IMG/VR virus record: IMGVR_UViG_3300033072_000473
Coordinates: 1-64,000 of that record
DNA length: 64,000 nucleotides
Direction: 5' to 3' (one strand)
From: a virus
Taxonomy: Duplodnaviria; Caudoviricetes
Of this stretch, positions 1 to 9,851 are shown piece after piece (within the stretch, counting starts at the first letter, position 1; the number at the start of each line of letters is the position of its first letter). Both the position numbers and the translations under genes were made by a program. Below the pieces are notes generated by a model that saw nothing but the letters and a program-made list of their open reading frames with translations, ran no database searches and was not told the origin of the DNA.

Positions 1-1
1 T

Positions 2-382
2 GGTATTTCAGGGTACTCAGGTTTTAGTGGTATTTCAGGGTACTCAGGTTTTAGTGGTATTTCAGGGTACTCAGGTTCGGGAATTTCAGGCTACTCTGGC
101 TCAGGTATCTCTGGTTTCTCAGGGTTTAGTGGTATAAGCGGATACTCTGGTTCTGGTATTTCCGGGTATTCTGGCTTCAGCGGTATTAGTGGGTGGTCCG
201 GTATTTCTGGTTATTCTGGTTCCGGTATATCCGGATTTTCAGGGTTCAGTGGTACTTCAGGATACTCAGGATTTAGTGGTATTAGTGGATACTCTGGTTC
301 TGGTATTTCTGGATACTCCGGATTTAGTGGTTCAGGTATTTCTGGTTTTTCAGGTTGGTCCGGCATTTCCGGATACTCTGGT
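2..382 (+). repeat. Coding (Ser-Gly-X)n repeat, about 127 codons, X mostly I/Y/F/W
   Basis: Translates as GISGYSGFSGISGYSG...; an exact 27-bp unit tggtatttcagggtactcaggttttag lies at 1-27 and 28-54, with a partial copy at 55-77. Confidence 0.95.
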
Positions 383-3300
383 GCGGGTGGCGGAAATGTT
401 GTGGGCCCCGCATCTTCAACTAATAACACAGTAGCTTTATTTGATGGTACTACAGGTAAATTAATAAAGAGCTCTAATACTCTATTAGGTACAGCCGCCG
501 CAGCAAGTACTAGTGATTTTGCTACAGCAGCACAGGGGCTACTAGCCAATACTGCACTTCAACAAGGTGCACCTTTCTTAACTCAAACCGAACATACTAG
601 TGGTAACCCTTCAGATGGTTTAGTAATAGACTACCTACATCCTTATGCACGTTTATCTGTACAGGCTAATGATGGAATACGTTTCTATACTCAAGGTGTA
701 GCAGATACCTTAATTGCAGAATTTAAGAGTAATGGGGATACTGACTTAACAGGCGTACTAAGTGTAGGCGGTGGTTCACTTTTAGGCGGGGCAACAAATC
801 CACAAATTGCTGCTTCTGGTTCTGCCAATAACTATATACAATTATATATCCATAATGATAGTGCACAAGAAAGTGCTTCTTCTGATTTAATTGCATACCC
901 AAATAATGGAGCAGATCTACATGGTTATGTAGACTTAGGTATAAACTCTAGTACTTTTAGTGATGCTAACTATTCTGTTACCGGCCCTAATGAAGCTTAT
1001 CTACTGGCTTCCGCACCCTCAGGTTCTGGAAACTCAGGAAATATGGTATATGTTACTGATAGTACTGGTACCACAAATGCACATCAATGGTTTGTAGGTG
1101 GGTTTAATCAAGCAAAAACTGCTTGGAAAATGCAATTAGGTAGTACAGGTCTGGACTTTAAAACTAGTATTCTGCTTAATGGTTCCGCAGGTACTTCTGG
1201 CTATGTTTTAACTAGTGCAGGAGCAGGTGCGGTACCAACATGGCAACCGGCTGCCGGTGATATGGCAAAATCAGTTTATGATACTAATAATGATGGTAAG
1301 GTAAATAGTGCTGATACTGCTGACTCTGTACCCTGGTCTGGTATTACAAGTAAACCTACAGATTTAGTTACCTTAACAGGTGCACAAACCCTTACAAATA
1401 AACTACTAGATAGCCCAAGTGTTCAAGGTCCTCTACTTGTATATGGCCCAACAGTAACCTCTCCCTCCAATTCAATTTATTCAGTTGCAACTATACTATG
1501 CAATATGAATCAGTATAGAGAGGTATCTTTTAGAAATATTAATAATGGAACAGATGCTTCAGCAGACTTTGTTGCGTATAATGATGCTACTAATGCTGAC
1601 TCTTTCTTTATTGATATGGGTATTAACAGTTCTAACTTTAGTTCTGCTACTTATTCCATATTTACCCCTAATTCTGGTTATTTATATACTGGTGGTTCAG
1701 GTTCTTTGCAACCTTCACACCTTTATGTTGGTACAGGTACTGTGGGAAGTCACCTTTATTTCTTCTCAGGTGGTACATCTACATCAAACTTGCGTGCTTG
1801 GTTTAATGATGATACGGGTAATCTTATCATCAATAGTACTACTGATGATAATACTAATAAACTACAGGTAACAGGAAGTATCACAGCTACAGAATTACAC
1901 CTTAGTGGTTCAGCTTATGCAGCAGGAGCAGTAACTTATCCCTCACAATTAGCTACAAAAGCTTATGTTGATAATGCTGCTTCTACAGGTATTCACGTAC
2001 ATACTGCTGTAAAGGTTGAAAAGCACGGTTCCTGGACAGTTACTTATGCGGATGGTGGATCTACCCTAACTGTTACAGATATTACCTTAGGTACAACATT
2101 AACTACGTCCCAAGTACATAATCTTGTTATAAATGATGTAGTTTACTTTACTACTACAACTAATGGTGTAACCTTAAATACTCCATACTTTGTGTATTCT
2201 ACACCAACTACTACAAGTTTCCAGATAGCAGCTCAATACAATGGTGAAGAGATTGCAACTTTAATAAATGGTACTGGATTAAGTATTGTATGCAAAGCAA
2301 ATACTGGTGTAGGTGCTACTTTAACTAACGCGGGAACTCAAGCAGTATTAAACGTAGGTGGATTAGACTTAGTAGTTAATGATAGAGTTGCAGTAATTAG
2401 AACTACCGACCCACATCAAAACGGCATTTATACTGTAACCAATATTGGTTCTGCTTCTACAAATTGGGTGCTTACTCGTGCAGCAGATTCAAATAAATAT
2501 TCTCCAGATGATACTTCAGGGCTGAGTAAAGGTGACTACTTTTACGTACAACAAGGGTCTCCAGGGGCTGGAGAGTCTTATGTTATTACTACAGATTCCA
2601 CTATTTTATTTGGTATTACACCAATTACTTTCTCTTTATTTAATGCTGCAGTTACTTGGACAGTAAATGCTCCATTAAACTTAACTGGAACTACACTAAG
2701 CTTAACTGGACAAGTTGCCGCCACAAATGGCGGAACTGGTCAAGCTAACGTAACTACTGGTGATATACTATACGGTTCTGGAACAGATACATGGTCGCGT
2801 TTAGCTAAGGGTACAGCGTATAAAGCCTTAGTAATGAACGCCAGTGGTACTAATATAGAGTGGAACGCTATAGCCTTAAACCAGTCTGCAGCAGTTAGTG
2901 GTCAATTAGCAATTGCTAACGGTGGTACAGGTGCTAGTACGGATGTAGCCGCCAGAACAGCTTTAGGTTTAGCTATTGGTACAAATGTACAAGCTTGGAG
3001 TACAAACTTAGACTCTTGGTCTGGTTTAGCTACTTCTTCAAAGCAGGACACTTTAGTATCTGGTACAAGTATTAAAACTATTAATAGTACCTCTATATTA
3101 GGTTCAGGAGATATTGCAGTTCAAGCGACTCTAGTTTCTGGTACTAATATAAAAACCATAAATGGTACCACTATATTAGGCTCTGGTAACATAACTACTA
3201 CAGATACTAATACTACATACTCTGTAAGTGCAGAAACTACTACAGGTGGTGCACTACTAAGACTAACAGATTCTAGTGCAGTTACTGATGATGTTAAATT

Positions 3301-4300
3301 AGCAGCAGGTACAAACGTAACTATTACTAGAACGGATGCTAATACTATTACTATTGATGCAACAGCTACCGGAGGCTCTGGTAGTCCCGGTGGTAATAGC
3401 GGCGAAATTCAGTATAATAATGCGGGTTCTTTTGCAGGTGCTGCAAACGTTGAAGTTGAAAATGGTCAACTTCGTTTGATCTCAGGTGCTATTCCAGCAA
3501 CCCCGGCAGCTGGCGGTATTAATATCTTCTCTCGTAGCAGAGCAGGGCGCCATCTGGCACATATCATCGGGCCTTCCGGTATCGACGTGGCTTTGCAGCC
3601 GGCACTATTCGGCAACTCGATTTATATGTGGTTACCCGGCACTGGCACGACTGTAGCCATCAACTTCGGCACCAGCTTCACCGCTCGTAATAGTGGCACA
3701 TCTGCTGCGCAGGCCACACCGACCAAGGCCAGTACCAACGCCATGTCTTCGCTTAACCGAGCGACGTTTGGTACAGGAACGACAGCTACAGGTGCTTCTG
3801 GTATTCAATCGGCAGCTACGGTCGCATGGCGCGGTAATGCGGCTAACCTTGGAGGATTCTTTTTCTTCGCTCGTTTTGGTATAGAGACTTTAGCTGCCGA
3901 TATGAGAGCTTTTGTTGGCTTGTCGGCGAACAACGCAGCAATGGCTGCTGACGGTTCAACATGGGCAAATACTATTGGTATTGAAAAAGGAACTGCCGAT
4001 TCCTTATGGTATCTAGTACAACGAAATGCAACTACAGTAACTCGTACAAGTTCAACATGTACAGTAACTGCCGGGCAAATTCTTGATTTAATGATGTTTG
4101 CTGCACCTAACGGTTCTGATGTTACAATGAGGCTAGTAGATGCAGTTACAGGTACAGTTTATGTAGATAATGTAGTATTAAATACTACTTTACCTGTAAA
4201 TACAGCCTTTTTATACATGCAAGCACATTGTCAATCAGTAACAGGTACAACTGCTAAACTATTAGCACTTAACCGTATATATTGTGAAACAGATTTATGA
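2..4300 (+). CDS. Large virion adhesin / tail-fibre-like protein, 5'-truncated by the window edge
   Basis: The frame is open from nt 2, with no stop, into the 1299-aa ORF given as 401..4300. It has an N-terminal Ser-Gly-X repeat, Thr/Ser/Gly-rich beta-type segments, a duplicated D(L/M)GINSS domain and duplicated TLVSGT.IKTIN motifs typical of fibres. Confidence 0.75.
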   Translation, partial: GISGYSGFSGISGYSGFSGISGYSGSGISGYSGSGISGFSGFSGISGYSGSGISGYSGFSGISGWSGISGYSGSGISGFSGFSGTSGYSGFSGISGYSGSGISGYSGFSGSGISGFSGWSGISGYSGAGGGNVVGPASSTNNTVALFDGTTGKLIKSSNTLLGTAAAASTSDFATAAQGLLANTALQQGAPFLTQTEHTSGNPSDGLVIDYLHPYARLSVQANDGIRFYTQGVADTLIAEFKSNGDTDLTGVLSVGGGSLLGGATNPQIAASGSANNYIQLYIHNDSAQESASSDLIAYPNNGADLHGYVDLGINSSTFSDANYSVTGPNEAYLLASAPSGSGNSGNMVYVTDSTGTTNAHQWFVGGFNQAKTAWKMQLGSTGLDFKTSILLNGSAGTSGYVLTSAGAGAVPTWQPAAGDMAKSVYDTNNDGKVNSADTADSVPWSGITSKPTDLVTLTGAQTLTNKLLDSPSVQGPLLVYGPTVTSPSNSIYSVATILCNMNQYREVSFRNINNGTDASADFVAYNDATNADSFFIDMGINSSNFSSATYSIFTPNSGYLYTGGSGSLQPSHLYVGTGTVGSHLYFFSGGTSTSNLRAWFNDDTGNLIINSTTDDNTNKLQVTGSITATELHLSGSAYAAGAVTYPSQLATKAYVDNAASTGIHVHTAVKVEKHGSWTVTYADGGSTLTVTDITLGTTLTTSQVHNLVINDVVYFTTTTNGVTLNTPYFVYSTPTTTSFQIAAQYNGEEIATLINGTGLSIVCKANTGVGATLTNAGTQAVLNVGGLDLVVNDRVAVIRTTDPHQNGIYTVTNIGSASTNWVLTRAADSNKYSPDDTSGLSKGDYFYVQQGSPGAGESYVITTDSTILFGITPITFSLFNAAVTWTVNAPLNLTGTTLSLTGQVAATNGGTGQANVTTGDILYGSGTDTWSRLAKGTAYKALVMNASGTNIEWNAIALNQSAAVSGQLAIANGGTGASTDVAARTALGLAIGTNVQAWSTNLDSWSGLATSSKQDTLVSGTSIKTINSTSILGSGDIAVQATLVSGTNIKTINGTTILGSGNITTTDTNTTYSVSAETTTGGALLRLTDSSAVTDDVKLAAGTNVTITRTDANTITIDATATGGSGSPGGNSGEIQYNNAGSFAGAANVEVENGQLRLISGAIPATPAAGGINIFSRSRAGRHLAHIIGPSGIDVALQPALFGNSIYMWLPGTGTTVAINFGTSFTARNSGTSAAQATPTKASTNAMSSLNRATFGTGTTATGASGIQSAATVAWRGNAANLGGFFFFARFGIETLAADMRAFVGLSANNAAMAADGSTWANTIGIEKGTADSLWYLVQRNATTVTRTSSTCTVTAGQILDLMMFAAPNGSDVTMRLVDAVTGTVYVDNVVLNTTLPVNTAFLYMQAHCQSVTGTTAKLLALNRIYCETDL

Positions 4301-4434
4301 TTTTTGATGTAATTCAAGACCAAAATGGAACTTTGCAGTTAATAGAGCATGGAACTACAGTACCAGAAGGTTGGACTATAGTTGTAACTACCTCTGATGC
4401 AAATTACCTTGACTATCTGGCTACCTTAGCCTAA
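4297..4434 (+). CDS. 45-aa protein (MIFDVIQDQNG...), possible fibre chaperone; not in ORF track
   Basis: ATGA overlap with the upstream stop; ends TAA at 4432-4434, just before a hairpin. Confidence 0.55.
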   Translation: MIFDVIQDQNGTLQLIEHGTTVPEGWTIVVTTSDANYLDYLATLA

Positions 4435-4438
4435 GAAA

Positions 4439-4464
4439 TAGCTAGGAGGTTCGCCTCCTAGCTA
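4439..4464 (+). terminator. 11-bp hairpin with UUCG loop (terminator or processing site)
   Basis: tagctaggagg-ttcg-cctcctagcta; no clear U-tract. Confidence 0.5.
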
Positions 4465-4489
4465 CCATTAATTAAATTAATAAAATAGA

Positions 4490-5764
4490 ATGAAATATAG
4501 TATTGTAATACCAACCTATAACCACTGTAATACCCTACTAAAGCCTTGCTTAGAATCTATATTTAAGTATACTGATATGGCTGATGTAGAATTAGTTATC
4601 TCTGCTAATGGTTGTACAGATAATACACAAGATTATTTAAATAATCTACAACGTAATTTTACAGAGTTAGGGTTTGAACAGCACTTAAAAGTAGTGTATT
4701 CTGAGCAGCCTCTTGGTTTTGCCAAAGCTATTAATTTAGGTATCATGGCAACTACTACAGAAAAAATAGTATTGTTAAATAATGATATTATTTTACTAGA
4801 GCAGTTTAAAAATCAGTGGTTAGATATGCTCAATGCTCCTTTTAATCAAGATACTAATTGTGGTATTTCATGCCCAATTATACAGTACTCTCCAGAAGCA
4901 AATCATAACTTTGCAGTATTTTTCTGTGTAATGGTAGATAAAAGGGTATTTAATACTATTGGTTTATTAAACGAAGAATATGGTATTGGTAGTGGTGAAG
5001 ATGTAGAGTTTTGCATAGAGGCTTTAAAAGCTGGATTCAATATTCTAGAGTGTGTTCCAAAACAGTATTTAAATGATGTAATGTACACGGGAAGTTTCCC
5101 TATATATCATAAAGGTGAACAAACAGTTTTAGATAGTAGTTTAGTTTCAGATTATAAAAGTGTATATTACCAAAATGGTCTAAAACTAGCTAGAAAGTAT
5201 AATATTGAGCATTACAGAAAACTTTTAAATAATAATTATGAGCGTCATCTGTCTATTAATGGAGAACAGGTTCCTCCGCGCGAGCAAGCTAGGTATTTAT
5301 GGGCTTCTAGTAGTACTATAGGTGCCAAAGTACTAGAACTTGGCTGTTCTAACGGGTATGGGTCACAATATTTTAAAAATGTTGAGTATACTGGTATAGA
5401 TTATGATCCTCAAATTATTGAGTGTGCTAAACAAGAAAATTGGGGTACTAATAAACAGTTTATTCATGGAGATATTAATACTCTAGAACTAGAGTACTAT
5501 GATACTATTGTTGCTATGGAAGTAATCGAGCATCTAGACAATGGTCTGGAAATTGTAGAAAAGCTCAAAAAATACTGTAAACGATTACTAGTAACTGTTC
5601 CTTATAAAGAACCGCCCGGTTTATGGGGAGAACACCATAAGCTACACTGGTTAGAAGAATCCCATCTACCTGGGTTTACATACAAGTTCTGTGATGAATT
5701 TGGTAATATTCATGACTCACCACATGGTGAAATTAATTTAATGCTTTGTCAGTATGACCACTAA
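4490..5764 (+). CDS. GT2 glycosyltransferase fused to a class I SAM methyltransferase
   Basis: N-terminal YSIVIPTYN, LLNNDI and EDVEFC (GT-A fold); C-terminal VLELGCSNGYG, GIDYD and MEVIEHL (SAM-binding fold). Confidence 0.85.
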   Translation: MKYSIVIPTYNHCNTLLKPCLESIFKYTDMADVELVISANGCTDNTQDYLNNLQRNFTELGFEQHLKVVYSEQPLGFAKAINLGIMATTTEKIVLLNNDIILLEQFKNQWLDMLNAPFNQDTNCGISCPIIQYSPEANHNFAVFFCVMVDKRVFNTIGLLNEEYGIGSGEDVEFCIEALKAGFNILECVPKQYLNDVMYTGSFPIYHKGEQTVLDSSLVSDYKSVYYQNGLKLARKYNIEHYRKLLNNNYERHLSINGEQVPPREQARYLWASSSTIGAKVLELGCSNGYGSQYFKNVEYTGIDYDPQIIECAKQENWGTNKQFIHGDINTLELEYYDTIVAMEVIEHLDNGLEIVEKLKKYCKRLLVTVPYKEPPGLWGEHHKLHWLEESHLPGFTYKFCDEFGNIHDSPHGEINLMLCQYDH

Positions 5765-6728
5765 AATACTTTGTTCAATCTCTACTAGAGGTAGGTACTA
5801 TACTACCTTACCTCTTGCTATTGCTTCCGTTATTAATCAAACTAGAAAAGTAGATAAGCTTGTAATATTTGATGATAATGATAATCCAGAGGACATGCGC
5901 CAAGTATTACAGTACCAACATCTTTTTAAAATGATGGAATTAAAAGGTATTGAGTGGGAATGGTTATTTGCAGCTAAAAAAGGCCAACACTATAACCATC
6001 AAGTAGCTAATACTATGGGATATGACTTCGTATGGCGAGTAGATGATGATAATATTGCAGAAGCTAATGTGCTCGAAACACTTTGTAGCTACATTACTGA
6101 TAAAATTGGAGCAATAGGTGGAGAAGTTTTAACAACTAACTGGGATTGTAATCCAAATTTTGCAACAGGCAAACTAGAGAATATTGATTTAGAACCTAAT
6201 ATTCAATGGGGTAAGATTTTACAACTTCAAGAAGTAGACCATTTACATTGTTCTTTTTTATATAGAGCAGGAATTCATGACTATAACTTAGGATTATCTA
6301 GGGTTGCTCATAGAGAAGAAACCTTATTTACTTGGGGGTTAAAGCAAAAAGGTTATGATATTATGGTTGTACCTAACTGCACCACTTGGCACTTAAAAGC
6401 GCCAGAAGGTGGAATTAGGTCTGAAACTAAAGCTCAATTATACGAGCATGACGAGCAGATATTTAGAAATATAGTAGGTATGCAAGACTCTACTATAGTT
6501 GTATTAAACTGTGGCATGGGGGATCATATTGTATTCAAAAAAGTTCTGCCGCTTATTAAAAATCCTGTAGTATTTACCTGTTATCCAGAAATAGTTCCAG
6601 GTCGGCCTATTTATGAAGCTGAGCAGTTATTTGGTAATATTGAGTGCTTTAATGTATATGGTAAAATGGCTCAATGGAAATGGAAAGACTCTTTAGAGTC
6701 TGCATTTAAGAAACTATACATAAAATGA
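5754..6728 (+). CDS. GT2-type glycosyltransferase with a C-terminal GT9-like N-half
   Basis: VWRVDDD (DxD) and HREET in the N-domain; C-terminal VVLNCGMGDHI resembles the GT9 GxGD motif. Confidence 0.7.
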   Translation: MTTKILCSISTRGRYYTTLPLAIASVINQTRKVDKLVIFDDNDNPEDMRQVLQYQHLFKMMELKGIEWEWLFAAKKGQHYNHQVANTMGYDFVWRVDDDNIAEANVLETLCSYITDKIGAIGGEVLTTNWDCNPNFATGKLENIDLEPNIQWGKILQLQEVDHLHCSFLYRAGIHDYNLGLSRVAHREETLFTWGLKQKGYDIMVVPNCTTWHLKAPEGGIRSETKAQLYEHDEQIFRNIVGMQDSTIVVLNCGMGDHIVFKKVLPLIKNPVVFTCYPEIVPGRPIYEAEQLFGNIECFNVYGKMAQWKWKDSLESAFKKLYIK

Positions 6729-7180
6729 TTATTATATCTCCTTTTGCTCAGAAACTACGTAATGGGGCTGTAAACCCAAAAAATTATCCTTACTGGAAAG
6801 AACTTATTAGTTTAATTAATGAGCCTATTATTCAAATAGGTATTGAAGGCGAAGAACCTTTAGTAGAGGACTTTAGAAAGAATTTATCCTTAAAAGAATT
6901 AAAACTACTAGTTAATGAAGCTAAAACCTGGATAGGTGTAGATAGTTTTTTCCAGCATTTTTGCTGGGATATTAATAAGCCAGGAATAGTACTATGGGGT
7001 CAATCAGATCCACTAATTTTTGGTCATCCTGAGAATATAAACTTATTAAAGTCTAGAGAATATTTACGTGAAGACCAATTTTTAATATGGGAGCAAGCAG
7101 AATATATTAAAGATTGTTTTATAGAACCAGAAGTAGTTATTGACTACTTAAATAAGGAGCTAAATAAATGGCAACATTAA
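6725..7180 (+). CDS. GT9 (heptosyltransferase)-like C-terminal half
   Basis: KNYPYWKELI...IIQIG...LSLKEL...WIGVDSFFQH matches GT9 C-domain motifs. Confidence 0.65.
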   Translation: MIIISPFAQKLRNGAVNPKNYPYWKELISLINEPIIQIGIEGEEPLVEDFRKNLSLKELKLLVNEAKTWIGVDSFFQHFCWDINKPGIVLWGQSDPLIFGHPENINLLKSREYLREDQFLIWEQAEYIKDCFIEPEVVIDYLNKELNKWQH

Positions 7181-7722
7181 TAACCCTAGATGACTATAAA
7201 GAGTATGCAGGTATTACAAGCATAGACTTTGATGATAAATTACAGAGTATTGTTACTAGAATTAGTGAACTAGTAAAAACATATTGTGGTAGAAAATTTA
7301 TTGATAGCTATAATAAAGCTACACAACAGTTTACTAACTTAGTAGAGTATAGTAATGTAGACGGTACTTTTTATCCAACAGAATTTCCTCTACAGAGTTT
7401 AGTATCTGTAGAGTATAGTATAGATCTAGGTGAAACTTATACTACTTTAGCAGGTTGTGCCATAGATAAGTCAAGGGATGCTATCTATATTCCTGAGGAG
7501 GGCAGAGAGGGTATAAATATGTTTAAGATTACTTATACTGGTGGGTATCAAAAAACTCCAGAAGACCTTAAACTTGCCTGTTTAGACTTAGTAGATTACT
7601 ACTATAAAAATGAGGCAGTACCTCGTCGTACTACAATGAATAATACTGTTGAATATATTACTAGTGCTGATATGCCCTCACATATTAAGCGAGTACTAGA
7701 CCTTTATAGAGTTTTATTATAA
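7168..7722 (+). CDS. Head completion / head-tail connector protein
   Basis: LITLDDYKEY...VKTYCGR...YTGGY..TPEDLKLACLDLV pattern; position as in T5-like phages. Confidence 0.7.
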   Translation: MATLITLDDYKEYAGITSIDFDDKLQSIVTRISELVKTYCGRKFIDSYNKATQQFTNLVEYSNVDGTFYPTEFPLQSLVSVEYSIDLGETYTTLAGCAIDKSRDAIYIPEEGREGINMFKITYTGGYQKTPEDLKLACLDLVDYYYKNEAVPRRTTMNNTVEYITSADMPSHIKRVLDLYRVLL

Positions 7723-9308
7723 TGGCTAATACTAGAGCCCGAATTAGTGCTACTTCTTTTGTTACTTCTTTATTAGATAATACTAAGTCGCTAAGAACCG
7801 CTTTAGAAAAATATGTACACTTTGTACCCATTAGTTATGGTGTAGTAAGTGAGTTATTAAACAGTATTTTACCAGAAGAAGAGCATAGAAAGTACTATAA
7901 TGAAGTTTATAGTAAGTTGGTAAGTTTATATCCTAACACTCCTGGTACTGCAATAGATATAAATAATATAGCAAGTATTATAACTAATTCCAATTCAAAA
8001 AGATTAAGTGGTAAAACAGCAGTAGGTATATATAAAGATAATTCCCTTATAGGTGTGCTTACTAGTAACTATGGAAATGCTTCAAAACTAGTAGTAAAGG
8101 TAATACAAGATACTATAGGTGTAGATCTAGCAGTCGGCCACGTAGTTGGTAATATACAGGTATTACAGTCTAGTAAACTGGGTGGACACTTATGGATAAA
8201 AAATAATTTATCTATGAGAAGCCCTCTGTCTATGAAACTAGCGGTAATACAAGAGTTATTCATGTTAGCGGAACACATTGCTAATGATCAATTTGATGAC
8301 ATAATATCTTGGTACTTTAATCAACAAGGTACATATTATACTGCTAAGCATAGTTTTTTAATACTAAAGGATGCTTTAACTAGTACTGGTAAAGTATTTA
8401 CAGGAGATCTTAATAAGTTATCCGATGATACTACAGTTATTAGTAAAACAGCTATAGTATCAGGTATTAAATCTTTCTATACTAAGTATTTTAAACCTGT
8501 AAATGAAAAGTTAAAGAAAGCTGGCGATGACTTATCCGCTAGCCAGGTTACCTCTTATATTAAAACAGGTCTAGATGCTCTTGCTGAAAAGCACATGGAA
8601 TATTATAATAAGGTAATAGATACTTCTGTTATAACAAAAGAGTTTACTAGTACCTTATCCTCTTTAAAAATAATATTTGTTTTACCTCAAACTTCTTTAT
8701 TTAATAGTGGAGAACTAGCAGCACTAGAAAAAACTATAGCTAGAGAAGCTATTGCTTTTGGTAATACAGCGGAAAATTTTAAAAGTTCCCCTTCATTAAA
8801 AGAGTATGTTATTGATACTATAATAGATACTATTAAAGAGGGATCTAGTAAAGAGTTCTCTAATAAAGTAACTGCTGTTACTGGTAAAGTTAACGGCCTA
8901 AAATTAAAGGCACCAAAAGTATCTAAAGTTACTCAAAAGGTATATGAACGTAAAAGTACTCCTACTACAAGACTACGTAATTTGCATGGCCAATTTACTT
9001 CACTTACTAAATTAGAAACCTTGATGCGGTCTTTATTACTGGAAACTGTACAAAAGAATATGCAGCGCCCAAACCTACGGAATCAAACCGGAAGATTTGC
9101 TAGTTCTATTAAACTTGATCGATTACAACGTGAACGTGATGGAGCTATTACTGCCTTTCTTTCCTATATGAAGTACCCATACGCTACTTTTGAAAGGGGT
9201 GGAAAACAAGGATTTAGAGGGTATTACCCGTCAAGATTAATTGATCAATCTGTACGAGAACTTGCTGTAAAACTAGTAACTGCACGTATGAAAACTGTAA
9301 TAGTATAG
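7722..9308 (+). CDS. Tail completion (neck) protein, T5 p143-like C-terminus with long N-terminal extension
   Basis: C-terminal QTGRFASS...YMKYPYATFE...PSRLIDQSVRELA; lies between head-completion and tail-terminator genes. Confidence 0.5.
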   Translation: MANTRARISATSFVTSLLDNTKSLRTALEKYVHFVPISYGVVSELLNSILPEEEHRKYYNEVYSKLVSLYPNTPGTAIDINNIASIITNSNSKRLSGKTAVGIYKDNSLIGVLTSNYGNASKLVVKVIQDTIGVDLAVGHVVGNIQVLQSSKLGGHLWIKNNLSMRSPLSMKLAVIQELFMLAEHIANDQFDDIISWYFNQQGTYYTAKHSFLILKDALTSTGKVFTGDLNKLSDDTTVISKTAIVSGIKSFYTKYFKPVNEKLKKAGDDLSASQVTSYIKTGLDALAEKHMEYYNKVIDTSVITKEFTSTLSSLKIIFVLPQTSLFNSGELAALEKTIAREAIAFGNTAENFKSSPSLKEYVIDTIIDTIKEGSSKEFSNKVTAVTGKVNGLKLKAPKVSKVTQKVYERKSTPTTRLRNLHGQFTSLTKLETLMRSLLLETVQKNMQRPNLRNQTGRFASSIKLDRLQRERDGAITAFLSYMKYPYATFERGGKQGFRGYYPSRLIDQSVRELAVKLVTARMKTVIV

Positions 9309-9318
9309 TAAAAATTGG

Positions 9319-9347
9319 TTGAAATTATTTTTTGTTTATACTATAAT
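9319..9347 (+). promoter_or_regulatory. sigma70-type promoter
   Basis: TTGAAA-17 nt-TATAAT upstream of 9371. Confidence 0.75.
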
Positions 9348-9370
9348 TTGGGCATAGAGGTGTAGAAAAT

Positions 9371-9799
9371 ATGTCACAAAGATCAAAGATAACGAATGCT
9401 CTAGTTGAAAAACTAAAGCAAATAAACGGAATCACACCCTATAAATCAAATTTATATGGTAAAAATGTAATCAATAAACTGCGCTTTTGGGATGAAGTGA
9501 GTGATTTCCCTACTATATGCGTCGTCGCTGGAAACGAAACGCGGGAGTATCACCCTAGCAATTTTAAGTGGGGCTTTTTAAACATTGCCCTTAAACTATA
9601 TGTTTATGGCGAAAATAGCCATGAATTACTGGAAAATCTTATTTCTGATGTTGAACTAGTAATAGATACTAATGAAAATTTAAGTATTGATACAGGTACA
9701 ACAACTGAAATATTAATTACCTCTATAGTAACGGATGAAGGCTTACTTTCGCCATATGGCGTTGGAGAAGTAAATCTACAAGTTCGTTATCAGGTTTAA
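9371..9799 (+). CDS. Tail terminator protein
   Basis: RSKITNALVEKLK...FWDEVSDFP...ETREY...GVGEVNL.VRY; immediately upstream of the tail tube gene. Confidence 0.75.
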   Translation: MSQRSKITNALVEKLKQINGITPYKSNLYGKNVINKLRFWDEVSDFPTICVVAGNETREYHPSNFKWGFLNIALKLYVYGENSHELLENLISDVELVIDTNENLSIDTGTTTEILITSIVTDEGLLSPYGVGEVNLQVRYQV

Positions 9800-9851
9800 T
9801 AGTAGGCAAGTTATATAGATAACTTAATTATTATTAACAAAAGGAGAAAAT

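Noticed and set aside
1-77. 27-bp tandem repeat as CRISPR or origin
   Set aside because: No spacers or cas genes; it is simply the coding repeat.
189-549. ORFs 189..434 (+) and 211..549 (-)
   Set aside because: Alternate-frame shadows of the Ser-Gly-X repeat; the real frame is continuous with 401..4300.
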